A DNA stretch of 64,000 nt from a virus, in IMG/VR virus record IMGVR_UViG_3300045988_174665. One strand, written 5' to 3'. Under the pieces are notes generated by a model. That model saw only the letters and a list, made by a program, of their open reading frames with translations. It had not been told where the DNA came from and searched no databases. Positions 1 through 9,493 of the stretch are shown here, one piece after another. Numbering within the stretch: position 1 is the stretch's first letter; the number at the start of each line of letters is the position of its first letter. Position numbers and translations under genes: made by a program.

Positions 1-1593
1 TTGAGCAAGAAAGGCTGTAGTTGTCTCAAATTCCATATTCGCTGAGTGAGCAATTGAAGCAGTCCTTGTCATAGCAGAAGCTAATTCATTAGTATCAGAT
101 GCAGTAACTGCGGCTAATTCAGAATAAACATCATTAACTCTTTGAGCCGAAGTTTCATCTAATTCCATGTTAAAACCACGTAAGGCAGCTGTCATAAGGT
201 CGGTAGCTTTTGCGTTATCCAAATTAGCAATACGAGCCATCTTCATCGTTTCAGTACCAATCTGGGTAGCCTCATTTACATCAAGACCTTGCTGGTAATA
301 AAGAGTTAATGTTTCATATGCCCCTTTAATTGTAGTGCCTAAATCCTCTGCCATTCGAGTATATTGTGGTAATTTATCCCACATATCGCTGACATTAAAG
401 TCGGTAACTACAGCAGTTTCTGTCATAGCCTCATCTAGGTCTTGAACAGTTGTAAAAGCTGACCTTACTGCTCTTTGGAATAAATTAATTGTATTTTGTA
501 GACCGAAGAAATATTTAACTTGTTGTCCTAATTGTTCGACTTCTTGTCTAGCATTTTTTAAAGTTTCAGCTGAACGACTAACTTGATTAATTGTAGTCCC
601 CATATTTCGAATGGGCTCTTTAGTTTGTTCAGAAGCTGTACCAATTGATTTAATTGCAGAGCTAACTTTTTCTAAATCTTGCTCAGGCAAATTTAATATA
701 GCACTTTTAATTTCTTCAATTCCTTTTCCAGAAAAATCTAAAGAGGTTATCTCAGTTAATTTTTGTCTTAAATTATTTAAATGAGTTTCAGAAGTAGAAA
801 GGTTATCTATTTCTGTTTTTAATTCACTAATTTTATTTTCCCAAGCAGATATTCTTGCTGTAACACTAGTAATACTACTATTATTATTATTAATTTGAGT
901 ATTAAGAGAGGTAAGATTTTGTTTTGCGATTTTAAGCTCTGCTCCTACTTTCTCTAAACTAGCACTTAAATCAGTATATTCTGATTTATTGTAGGCTTTT
1001 TGTCCACTTTCGTCACGAAGTTTTTGCTGTTGTTTTTTAATGTTGGTTTGCTCGTTTAATAGTTTATTATACTTATCGCTGGCTTGAACTTGTTGTTGAG
1101 CTAAAGCAGCACCCGACTTTTTTAAAGACTCTTCTTGAACTTTCGCATCTTCTAATTTCTTCTCATAGCTCTTTATAGAATTGATTTTATTTTCTATTGC
1201 TGTTTTTGTGTTATTAACAGCATTATAATATTTTTTTAATTCAGTTGTAGCTTTACTTGTTTTTTCGATAGTATCTTTAGAAATTAAACTTCTTATAGGT
1301 TTTCCATTTAATTCGTCAGTGTATCCATTAATTATTTTAAGCAAGGCTTCTACTTTCTTATAAGAAGAAGTTATTTTATTAACATCAGAAGGTCCTTTTA
1401 TTTCCATATTAGAAGCTTCTGTTAATTTTTGTATTTCATTATTAATTTTTTTAAAGGTGCTATTAATTTCTGTAGTTAGACCTTTAGATAAATTAATTTT
1501 AGAAAAAGAATCTTGCATTGTTTGAACGCTAGTTTTTAAGTTAGATAAATCTACTTTTGCGTCAAACACTATATTTACTCTTTTATCTCCCAT
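1..1593 (-). CDS. tail tape measure protein, N-terminal part (ORF runs off window start)
   Basis: ATG at 1593 (MGDKRVNIVFDAKV...) with GGAGGAC RBS at 1598-1604. Open to base 1. Coiled-coil N-terminus followed by a ...MTAALRGFNM... TMP-like core. Lies downstream of the tube genes. Confidence 0.8.
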   Translation of the reverse strand, partial: MGDKRVNIVFDAKVDLSNLKTSVQTMQDSFSKINLSKGLTTEINSTFKKINNEIQKLTEASNMEIKGPSDVNKITSSYKKVEALLKIINGYTDELNGKPIRSLISKDTIEKTSKATTELKKYYNAVNNTKTAIENKINSIKSYEKKLEDAKVQEESLKKSGAALAQQQVQASDKYNKLLNEQTNIKKQQQKLRDESGQKAYNKSEYTDLSASLEKVGAELKIAKQNLTSLNTQINNNNSSITSVTARISAWENKISELKTEIDNLSTSETHLNNLRQKLTEITSLDFSGKGIEEIKSAILNLPEQDLEKVSSAIKSIGTASEQTKEPIRNMGTTINQVSRSAETLKNARQEVEQLGQQVKYFFGLQNTINLFQRAVRSAFTTVQDLDEAMTETAVVTDFNVSDMWDKLPQYTRMAEDLGTTIKGAYETLTLYYQQGLDVNEATQIGTETMKMARIANLDNAKATDLMTAALRGFNMELDETSAQRVNDVYSELAAVTASDTNELASAMTRTASIAHSANMEFETTTAFLAQ

Positions 1594-1646
1594 TTTGTCC
1601 TCCTAATAAAAAAATCGACATTAACCAGTAAGTTAATGTCGATTTA

Positions 1647-2432
1647 TTATAAATCACTATCTATATCATCATTTAAAAAATATTGTTCAAGAACAATTTT
1701 ATTACCTCTTGAACCAACGGGAATTCCAACTAATGAAAAATTAGCTACCATTGGTGAAGCATTCTCTCCCAGAGTCATAGATAAATCAGACATCAACTTT
1801 ACTTTAGGAATTTTTATTATTCCTGTTTTTATATGTCCAGTAACATCATCCTGAGTCTTTGTCTTAGCTTCTAAGCTTAAAAACCCAGAAATTAATTGTT
1901 GTCCAATTACTACTTTTTCTCCACCATTAGTATAGTTAAAGTTATAAATTGCCCTAATATTTGTGAAAGGGGTATTAATTTTATAGACTTTATCTTCTAC
2001 TTTGCTATAATTAATTTTTTCTTGCGTTTCTTTATCATAAAGAAATAATTTATCAGCTGGAATATATTTTAAAGTAACCAATCCGTTTTCATCACTTTCA
2101 AGATTATTTTCAGTTTGTGTTACCTTTATTGGAGTTTTTGTGTATTTTAAAATTTTAGAGTTACTTAATAGAGCAAACTGTTCTTTAGAAAAAATTCCGT
2201 TTGAAAAATTAACAGTAACTTCCTTAGTTTCTTCCCAAAAAACTCTATCTTGGTTGTTATATCCGCCTGATGCACGAACTTTATTTTTAATTTCATTAAA
2301 GTTAGAAATGGTGATTTTATCAAAAAGAGCAATTGTTTCTCCTTCCTCAAATACTTTTCCAAGTATCTCTATAGGATAAGTAAGTTTTAAATGCATATCA
2401 TACAACTCTTTGAAACCTAATTCTTTCTCCAT
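1647..2432 (-). CDS. tail tube-like protein, paralog of 2477..3253
   Basis: ORF track. Start moved to MEKELGF (AGGAGG RBS at 2434-2443). Shares the pattern ...GG.N....W...KE.TV......FS......A... with the neighbouring gene. Confidence 0.5.
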   Translation of the reverse strand: MEKELGFKELYDMHLKLTYPIEILGKVFEEGETIALFDKITISNFNEIKNKVRASGGYNNQDRVFWEETKEVTVNFSNGIFSKEQFALLSNSKILKYTKTPIKVTQTENNLESDENGLVTLKYIPADKLFLYDKETQEKINYSKVEDKVYKINTPFTNIRAIYNFNYTNGGEKVVIGQQLISGFLSLEAKTKTQDDVTGHIKTGIIKIPKVKLMSDLSMTLGENASPMVANFSLVGIPVGSRGNKIVLEQYFLNDDIDSDL

Positions 2433-2476
2433 AATTCCTCCTAAAAAAATAAACGGCAAAAGCCGTTTATTTTATA

Positions 2477-3253
2477 TTAGATTTGTGTGTCTTCAGTAGC
2501 TCCTGTTATACTATACTTAACAAGCTTCATCATCTTACCGTCTGATGGACGCATAACACGAAGATTCATATTAAATACTGAGGGGTCTCCTTCAGCCTCA
2601 AGAGTAATTGTGTTCTCTGACTGAACCTTAGCCTTTTGTATTATGAATTGGAAAAATTCATCCTTACCTGTTACTTCAGAACGAGCATAAGTATCTCCTG
2701 TTACATAATAAGTGCCAGGGAAAGAATTAGCTGAAATTTCAATCTCTTGACCATCTACTGCTAATTCAGAAACTAAGAAATAAGTTTCACCGGCTGTTAA
2801 AGTTGTTGAAGCTGTTGAATCTGCGAGAGTTTTCTTAGTACCCTTTTCTACTCCCTTCGCATCATAAACCTTTGCGTCATCCGGAACTGCTACTACCTTT
2901 CCGCCCGGAAGTTCAATATTTGTAGGAACTGTTTTTCCTTTAAAAGTGATTGTTTTAGTGATTTTTGTAGCTGATGAAAGAGTAGAATCACCAAACATAA
3001 TAGCTAAAGATTTAGCAGAGAATAGAGCATCTTCTAGAGTAACTGTAATTTCCTTACCATAGTCCCAAATAATAAGTGGCGGATTACCTTTACCACCTCT
3101 AGCTTCAGCTTCTTCTGCTGTTTGTTCTATTGTTGATACTTTTAAGGTATCTAAATAGAGAACTGCAGCACCACGAGTACCATCGGAATTAATATCATAA
3201 AAAGTTACATCAGCGACTTCTTTGATACCATATCTTTCTAGTATGTTAGCCAT
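2477..3253 (-). CDS. major tail (tube) protein candidate
   Basis: ORF track, 258 aa, GGAGG RBS. Position between connector genes and the tape measure gene. Confidence 0.55.
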   Translation of the reverse strand: MANILERYGIKEVADVTFYDINSDGTRGAAVLYLDTLKVSTIEQTAEEAEARGGKGNPPLIIWDYGKEITVTLEDALFSAKSLAIMFGDSTLSSATKITKTITFKGKTVPTNIELPGGKVVAVPDDAKVYDAKGVEKGTKKTLADSTASTTLTAGETYFLVSELAVDGQEIEISANSFPGTYYVTGDTYARSEVTGKDEFFQFIIQKAKVQSENTITLEAEGDPSVFNMNLRVMRPSDGKMMKLVKYSITGATEDTQI

Positions 3254-3264
3254 ATTATAGCCTC

Positions 3265-4029
3265 CTATTCATTTAAATTTTCTATCCAATATTTAGGTTT
3301 AACTTTTTTGGAGTCGGCGCCGGCTAATAAACTCTGGATATCTAAGTTATAAGCCTCTTGATGTCTTTTTCTATCCATAAGTCGGACTCCTGCGACATAT
3401 GGTATCTGCCTAATATTAAGTGGATTAATACCCAAATCCATACAGCAAATTGACTCCATTACAGTATTTAAAGAAATTCCCTTTCCAGATTTTGCTTTAA
3501 TTTTATCTCTATAACGAGCTTTTGCTTTAATACGAGCAATACGTGGGTCTTCATCTGCAACATATTCTTCAACCATTTCAGCCCCAGAAGCAAGTCTGAT
3601 TAAGTTTTGAAAGTCAAAAAAGTCTTCTTTGTTTATCAATCGTAACTCATCTAAAGAGGAGATTGAGATTATAGTTTTATTAAAATCGCCAACCATAATT
3701 GCGTTAGCATTAAATAAAAGAGTTACTGGTTCTTTAATAAAAAATTCTATACCTTTTTGAACTTTTTGGGCATAATCTTCATTGCTGGCTGCAGTAGCCA
3801 TTATATACTCAAACGGAGTTGGCATTTTCTCCACTTTATCAAATAAGTTTTGTTCATTAAACATATCTAATATATCTTCTTGTTGAAGGAACAAAATTGA
3901 ACGATACAAAGGAAAAAATTTATCTTTTATATCTAAAAAAGTTGGAGGATAAATAAAAATATCTTTTTTTTTAAATTCAACAGGTAAATTTAAAAAAAAT
4001 AAAGATAAAGCTTCAGATTTATTAATCAT
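3265..4029 (-). CDS. hypothetical structural protein (tail completion region)
   Basis: ORF track; tightly packed in the late operon. Confidence 0.5.
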   Translation of the reverse strand: MINKSEALSLFFLNLPVEFKKKDIFIYPPTFLDIKDKFFPLYRSILFLQQEDILDMFNEQNLFDKVEKMPTPFEYIMATAASNEDYAQKVQKGIEFFIKEPVTLLFNANAIMVGDFNKTIISISSLDELRLINKEDFFDFQNLIRLASGAEMVEEYVADEDPRIARIKAKARYRDKIKAKSGKGISLNTVMESICCMDLGINPLNIRQIPYVAGVRLMDRKRHQEAYNLDIQSLLAGADSKKVKPKYWIENLNE

Positions 4030-4510
4030 AGCTAGTTATTTTAAAAACCTGCTGATAACAGGATACTTCTGTAGTTAAAAAATTTAAAGAAAAATCTCCT
4101 CCACTAATTTTTCCTAACCCATTTACACTTTTATCTTTTAAGCTTTTTTGAATTTCACCCATTATAGCAAATGGGCGTAAATTACTATCTTTTATAGTCC
4201 ATTCGGTAAAAGGAACAAAATTTTCTACTACAATTGTAATATCTTTAAATTCAGAATTAATTAAATTAATATCGCCGCCCTCAACTCTAATTGCAACAAT
4301 AGAGTTAGCGGTTTCTTTAGTATCTACATAAGGAACTATTTTAATTAATTTACTTTTTATTTCTTTATTTACTATATCTAAAGGAATATCATTCTCAGCT
4401 AAAGGATTTTTATTATTATAATATAATAATTTAATAAGATTTTGATTAGCTAAAAGCCTCTGCATAATTTTTTGTAGGTTAAGACCTATTTCCATACAAT
4501 TTCTAACCAT
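4022..4510 (-). CDS. hypothetical head-tail joining protein
   Basis: ORF track; overlapping stop/start with neighbours. Confidence 0.5.
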   Translation of the reverse strand: MVRNCMEIGLNLQKIMQRLLANQNLIKLLYYNNKNPLAENDIPLDIVNKEIKSKLIKIVPYVDTKETANSIVAIRVEGGDINLINSEFKDITIVVENFVPFTEWTIKDSNLRPFAIMGEIQKSLKDKSVNGLGKISGGDFSLNFLTTEVSCYQQVFKITSYD

Positions 4511-5254
4511 TTATTCACCCTCCTCTAACCAATAAATGTCCTCTTTTTTATCTTCTTCATTGATTTCAGGTAAAGGACTCTTATCCATTATATAAATAGG
4601 GTCAACTGTAACATATTCAACACCTGGGGTTGAAATAATATCATATCCAGTTACTCGATAGCCTTGTTTAATATTTTTAATCGTAATTTCAAAATAGCTT
4701 TGTTTTTGGAGATTTTCGTTTAATGGTAGGATTAAAAAATTAGAATTACTATCTTCTAAATATATTACATTAGCACTACTTGATTTAATAGTATCTGTAA
4801 TGGCTGCTGTACCTTTACCGTGAAAATATGCCCAACTTTTTACTATTGTACCTTCTTTATTTTTCCACATAATCTTATGTGTCATTTTTAATACTACATA
4901 ACGGTTATAGCCGCTGGTTCGCATATTTTCTAACCAATATACCATCCATTTCTCTTCTTCTTTTGTTTCTTCATTGGTAATTTCTAAAATTGTTCCATTA
5001 GGAATAATCAATTTTCTTCTGGTCAATAGATAATGTAAAGTTTCTGTGGAATCTTGTTTATAAGGTTCTAAACTACCTACCTGCTCTTCTTCTCCAAGTA
5101 AAAAAGTTACTCGATAAATTGTCTTCTTCAAATAGTATTCAAACTGATGTTCTCTCTCCCCTTGAATCCTTGTTTGATAAGTAGAACCAAATTTATTTAA
5201 TCTTTTTCTATAAATATCATTATAATACATTATTTTTCGACCAAAGACATACAA
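4511..5254 (-). CDS. hypothetical head-tail joining protein (start may be the internal MYYNDIY)
   Basis: ORF track; the first 8 codons overlap the upstream gene. Confidence 0.5.
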   Translation of the reverse strand: MYVFGRKIMYYNDIYRKRLNKFGSTYQTRIQGEREHQFEYYLKKTIYRVTFLLGEEEQVGSLEPYKQDSTETLHYLLTRRKLIIPNGTILEITNEETKEEEKWMVYWLENMRTSGYNRYVVLKMTHKIMWKNKEGTIVKSWAYFHGKGTAAITDTIKSSSANVIYLEDSNSNFLILPLNENLQKQSYFEITIKNIKQGYRVTGYDIISTPGVEYVTVDPIYIMDKSPLPEINEEDKKEDIYWLEEGE

Positions 5255-5502
5255 TCAAAGATTGTACTTCTAAAATATTTATATTTTAAATATCGGAGAG
5301 AAGATAATTTATAAAATAATATATAATAATTTATTGTTTTTTGCTCATTAGAATATCCTAATAATTCGCAGAGAATAGAATCTAAAAAAGTTTCCCATTC
5401 CCCATTTTTTTCAAACTCGCATAATAAACCATATAATTTACTTTTAAATTTATTAGTATACCCCTCTTTCATATCTGCCACATAGTCACTCATCTTTACC
5501 AC
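5230..5502 (-). CDS. hypothetical protein
   Basis: ORF track; operon context. Confidence 0.45.
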   Translation of the reverse strand: MVKMSDYVADMKEGYTNKFKSKLYGLLCEFEKNGEWETFLDSILCELLGYSNEQKTINYYILFYKLSSLRYLKYKYFRSTIFDCMSLVEK

Positions 5503-5920
5503 CTGCCAATTTCTGATATGGAAAAGGTTTATTATCTATTGCTCGATAATAAATACTTTCATAATCTTTCGCATTTTTCTTTTCTTGTAATAGTAAATTA
5601 CTAAATTTATCAATTAAATTAGCCTGAGAAAAATCCCTTTCATCGTATAAAGGTTTAACATTTTTCCAATCCATTATTACTCGATTTAACCACTCAACTT
5701 TCATATAAGTAGCTAAAATCTGAATTTCTCTATTGTTTAAGCTTGAAACAAAATTATTTTCCTCAATTTCTAAACTTTTTTTAGGGAATTTAAACCATGG
5801 TATGGCGGCGTCAAGAATAATTCTCCAATCTTCATTAACCTCGTTGCTTGTCCAAAGTTCCCATTCGTCTTCTGTCATTCTCCCTAAAAAAGCATCATAC
5901 ACTTTTTTTAAAGGAGTCAT
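5486..5920 (-). CDS. head-tail connector/adaptor candidate
   Basis: ORF track; position just after the capsid genes. Confidence 0.45.
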   Translation of the reverse strand: MTPLKKVYDAFLGRMTEDEWELWTSNEVNEDWRIILDAAIPWFKFPKKSLEIEENNFVSSLNNREIQILATYMKVEWLNRVIMDWKNVKPLYDERDFSQANLIDKFSNLLLQEKKNAKDYESIYYRAIDNKPFPYQKLAGGKDE

Positions 5921-5921
5921 A

Positions 5922-6395
5922 TTAGTCCTCCTTACTATCTCGGCTTAGTTTAATAGCAGAAATTATATCTATATCCGTATATTTTTTAAGTAGGTCACAT
6001 CTGTTTAAGTCAGAAATTTCGTGTTCGATAGCATAATCAACTAATTGAAAAATCTGCTCTCTGGGAAGTTTCTTTAAAAGTTCTCTTAGCTCTTGAACTG
6101 GGGCAAGAGTTAAGTACCTTTTTTTCTGAGAATCAGTTAAAACAATAATATGAGGTTCTTCACCCTCTTCCTCTAAGCCTAAATCAATTTTATCTCTTAA
6201 TTCATCAATTCCAAGTATGCCTTGCTTGAACATATATTCTACACCATCTTCATAAAGAAGTTGCTGTAAAGTTTCAAAAGGAATAGCTTTTACTGCTCCT
6301 TTCTTTTCCCAAGTCCTTGAAAATCTTAAATCATTGCTCTTAATACCAACTCTACCGTTGGTTAAATTTTTAACCTTTACAATTCTATTTTCCAT
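5922..6395 (-). CDS. hypothetical protein downstream of MCP
   Basis: ORF track. Confidence 0.45.
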   Translation of the reverse strand: MENRIVKVKNLTNGRVGIKSNDLRFSRTWEKKGAVKAIPFETLQQLLYEDGVEYMFKQGILGIDELRDKIDLGLEEEGEEPHIIVLTDSQKKRYLTLAPVQELRELLKKLPREQIFQLVDYAIEHEISDLNRCDLLKKYTDIDIISAIKLSRDSKED

Positions 6396-6462
6396 TCTAA
6401 TTACTCCTTTTACTCTTTATTTTTTAAAAGGAGGAGAGAACCTCTCCTCCCTTTCTTATATA

Positions 6463-7506
6463 TTAAAGGTCATAAACCTCTGAATATGTTTGTGCGATAC
6501 CAGTATTCTGATAAATTGCCCAATCATGATGACTATGAATAGCAGCACCAATTTTTCTATATACATGCATTTCTAAAGAATTATCTCTATTCTTAAAGTC
6601 ATTGATTTGAGTACCACCCTCAAGAACAAGTTTAACTACCTTTTCCTTACCTGTTGGTAAAATATAAGCGATTTGAGGGTCAATTTGAGTCTTTGTGTTA
6701 GTTTCATCAATGAAAGACTGAGGAATCTGAACAATTGTTGTACCACGGAAAATATTAATGTATCCAGTCTTATGAATTGCATCAATATCATCTGGATGGT
6801 ATACACCTTGATAATTTGTTCCTACAGGAACGATTGCATCAGGACCCATTGCCGCAATGAACTCAGGCGGTGCAAAAATAATTGCATTGCTACCATAAGC
6901 TCTAACTACATTAATAAGCTTAACCATTTCTTCTCCATTAAACGAAGAACCTGTAAACTTATTTGCTGCCGGACGACCCTTAGCATTAATTGCTGCACGA
7001 AGAGCCTTTTGTACTTCTCCGAACATAGAATCAGTAAGTCCTTCAGTAATAATTTCCATTACATCTGACATTACTTCAGCACCATCTAACAGTCTTTCAA
7101 AATCAACTGTTACAGCACCACCTACTGCGTAAGCAGATACTTCATAGCTACCTCTGTCAAGTCTAAAGGTTTCGTATACACCAGAAAGACCAACTTGAGT
7201 AAGGAACTGTTTTGCTCTATTTTTACCAAGTCTTGTCTTAAAGATAGCTTTTTGATTTTGTCCAACTACCTGAATATCAGCAAAACCACCCATTGCAGAA
7301 ATAACATTATTAGGAACGATTTCATCAGCAGTATCAATTATAATCTGATAAATGTCGTATCTGTTTTTCATAAACATATTTACTGAGCCAGCTAATTCTT
7401 TTAATCCATCTTGTATAGCTTGGTTAACCGAATTAACAGAAAAGTTTGCCGGAGCAGTCTTTTTTGCAGAGTACATAGCTAACTCTTTTAATTTTTCTAA
7501 AGTCAT
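6463..7506 (-). CDS. major capsid protein candidate
   Basis: 347 aa, GGAGG RBS. Gene order portal / scaffold-like / small protein / this ORF resembles the lambda B-C-D-E arrangement. Confidence 0.7.
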   Translation of the reverse strand: MTLEKLKELAMYSAKKTAPANFSVNSVNQAIQDGLKELAGSVNMFMKNRYDIYQIIIDTADEIVPNNVISAMGGFADIQVVGQNQKAIFKTRLGKNRAKQFLTQVGLSGVYETFRLDRGSYEVSAYAVGGAVTVDFERLLDGAEVMSDVMEIITEGLTDSMFGEVQKALRAAINAKGRPAANKFTGSSFNGEEMVKLINVVRAYGSNAIIFAPPEFIAAMGPDAIVPVGTNYQGVYHPDDIDAIHKTGYINIFRGTTIVQIPQSFIDETNTKTQIDPQIAYILPTGKEKVVKLVLEGGTQINDFKNRDNSLEMHVYRKIGAAIHSHHDWAIYQNTGIAQTYSEVYDL

Positions 7507-7524
7507 AATCTATTTTCCTCCTTA

Positions 7525-8085
7525 TTAACCAATACACTGGAATTTTATACCAAATTGTCCATCTGGCATTGTAGTACCTTTTACTACCTTGAGAATTGGA
7601 GAAGTTGTAGGTTTAGTATCACTAACTACATGAGTACCATCTGTATGATAAGTAGCATAAAGTGGTGTAGTCTTTAACTTTTCTACGGTACAAGCTTCTT
7701 TAAGTTTATCATCATCTGTAAATTTTTCAGCATCATAACTAATTGTATTAACCGTATAAGTATCTCCTAAAGTAAGGTAACCCATACGAGGTAAAAAAGT
7801 GCCGGGTACTAGACAGAAATTTTTTAAACCGTCTTCTCTCTCGTCATACATATGTTCCGATGAATAGTTTAATGCAATTGGTAAAACAGTGGCAGCTGTA
7901 GGTAAGCCAATAGTACGAGTAGTTTTATCAACTGTATAAAGCATGCCATTTTCAGCCGGCTTAGCTTTTGTAAAAGAAGCTGAATCTAATTTACATTGAG
8001 CTTCAATTCTGCCATCTCTACGAAAAGTTACATTATTTAATTCAACTTGTCCATAGCCATCAATTGCTAGTCTTTGAATTGCCAT
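7525..8085 (-). CDS. head decoration or scaffold-associated protein candidate
   Basis: ORF track; position immediately upstream of MCP. Confidence 0.35.
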   Translation of the reverse strand: MAIQRLAIDGYGQVELNNVTFRRDGRIEAQCKLDSASFTKAKPAENGMLYTVDKTTRTIGLPTAATVLPIALNYSSEHMYDEREDGLKNFCLVPGTFLPRMGYLTLGDTYTVNTISYDAEKFTDDDKLKEACTVEKLKTTPLYATYHTDGTHVVSDTKPTTSPILKVVKGTTMPDGQFGIKFQCIG

Positions 8086-8101
8086 TATTATTTCCTCCTA
8101 T

Positions 8102-9493
8102 TTACTTGTGTTCATAACGAGATAAGATTTCTTCAATTCCTGTAGTAGGCTCATATTTTGGGATTTTAAATCCCGGCTGTGTTTCAAGAGCAAAAACAGA
8201 AGGATTTTCTTTAACTGCGGCATAAGCCAGCTCTTTATCTAAGTCTTCTACAGTATACTTATCTTTGTTTTCTTTGAAATTAACTAAAACATCTTCTGAA
8301 ATAGTTTTAGAATACTTTTGAAGTAAATTATCTTTTTCAGAATTTTCTATATTAGTTTTGTAAGTTACAAGCTCTTGGTTGTTTTGTTTTAATGTTTCAA
8401 TTTCTCCTTGAGCCTGAGTAAGTTTTCCCTCAACAGCTTCTTTTTCTTCCGTTAAAGTACTTTTCTCTATTTCTAAAGTAGAAATAGTATCTTCTTTCTC
8501 TTTAATTTTGATTTCAAAATTAGAAATTTTTTCTTTTGAATCTTTAGCCTCTTGTAAAGTATTACTAAAGTTTTCATCTACTTTTTCCAAAGTATTGTTA
8601 TTTAAAGTGCGTAAAGTTTCAACAGCAGATTTTTCTGATTCGCTAAGATATTCTACATATACTAATGTAATATCTCCTAATTGAACTGCATCGTTATCTT
8701 TTGTATAACAAACTTTATAGGTTTTCTCATCCTCATACTTTTTTACAATAGCATAATCGTCATACACATCTAAAATACTATATTCTACGATATGGTCGTT
8801 TTCTTCATTGTACTTAGTATTTAATGCATACCAAATTTGCTCATACTTTTGAGAATCTGATAAATTAAATTTAAATTTCATAAATTTCTTTCCTCCGTCA
8901 TTCTGTTTTTTTGTTTCGAGTTGTTGAATAAATTTTGTCATTTTATCATATAAAGTAAAGAACGCCGCCCCTTCAAAACAAGGCTCTACATCCTCTCCTA
9001 ATACTTGTAAACCTAAAAAACAAGCATCTTGATAAACAAAATATCTACCGCCATCAATAATTGACCATTCCCCTTTTATAGAGGGAACATATAATTCCAT
9101 AGATTGCGGTTTTCCAACAATCTCTGACGCTTCTTTATATAAACTTGTAAATAATAAAACATCCACACAAGCATAAGTCCGTTCTATTCCGTCTTCATCT
9201 AAAAAGTTTTCCCATTTTAGATTAGGATTTTCCGGAACTATACCATAAATTTTTCCAATATCATTCGCCGCACCGTGGTCAGTAAAATCTTCATCAGACT
9301 GACTATAAATACCCTTGATTGGTACATAACTAATGGTTGATAAAAGTTTGTCAGCAAATTCATCAGTAATATATCCACCATTACGATTAGCTTTTTTATA
9401 AAAAATTCTGCATCTAGCTTTAGATAAAACTTCATTATATCTTTCCAGTTGACTATAGACAACCACTTGGAAATTATTAATATTTTGATTCAT
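8102..9493 (-). CDS. scaffold / prohead protease-like protein with C-terminal coiled coil
   Basis: 463 aa. The C-terminal half is rich in E/K heptads. Lies between portal and capsid genes. Confidence 0.4.
   Translation of the reverse strand: MNQNINNFQVVVYSQLERYNEVLSKARCRIFYKKANRNGGYITDEFADKLLSTISYVPIKGIYSQSDEDFTDHGAANDIGKIYGIVPENPNLKWENFLDEDGIERTYACVDVLLFTSLYKEASEIVGKPQSMELYVPSIKGEWSIIDGGRYFVYQDACFLGLQVLGEDVEPCFEGAAFFTLYDKMTKFIQQLETKKQNDGGKKFMKFKFNLSDSQKYEQIWYALNTKYNEENDHIVEYSILDVYDDYAIVKKYEDEKTYKVCYTKDNDAVQLGDITLVYVEYLSESEKSAVETLRTLNNNTLEKVDENFSNTLQEAKDSKEKISNFEIKIKEKEDTISTLEIEKSTLTEEKEAVEGKLTQAQGEIETLKQNNQELVTYKTNIENSEKDNLLQKYSKTISEDVLVNFKENKDKYTVEDLDKELAYAAVKENPSVFALETQPGFKIPKYEPTTGIEEILSRYEHK

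Noticed and set aside
6673-7386. Plus-strand ORFs antisense to the capsid gene. Similar antisense entries occur at 2140, 5733, 15992, 20562, 25463, 32235, 32724, 33120, 37658, 39417, 49778, 54783, 56355, 59361 and 60710.
   Set aside because: They are fully nested antisense to longer, well-supported genes. They have no RBS and a low-complexity or repeat-mirrored composition.
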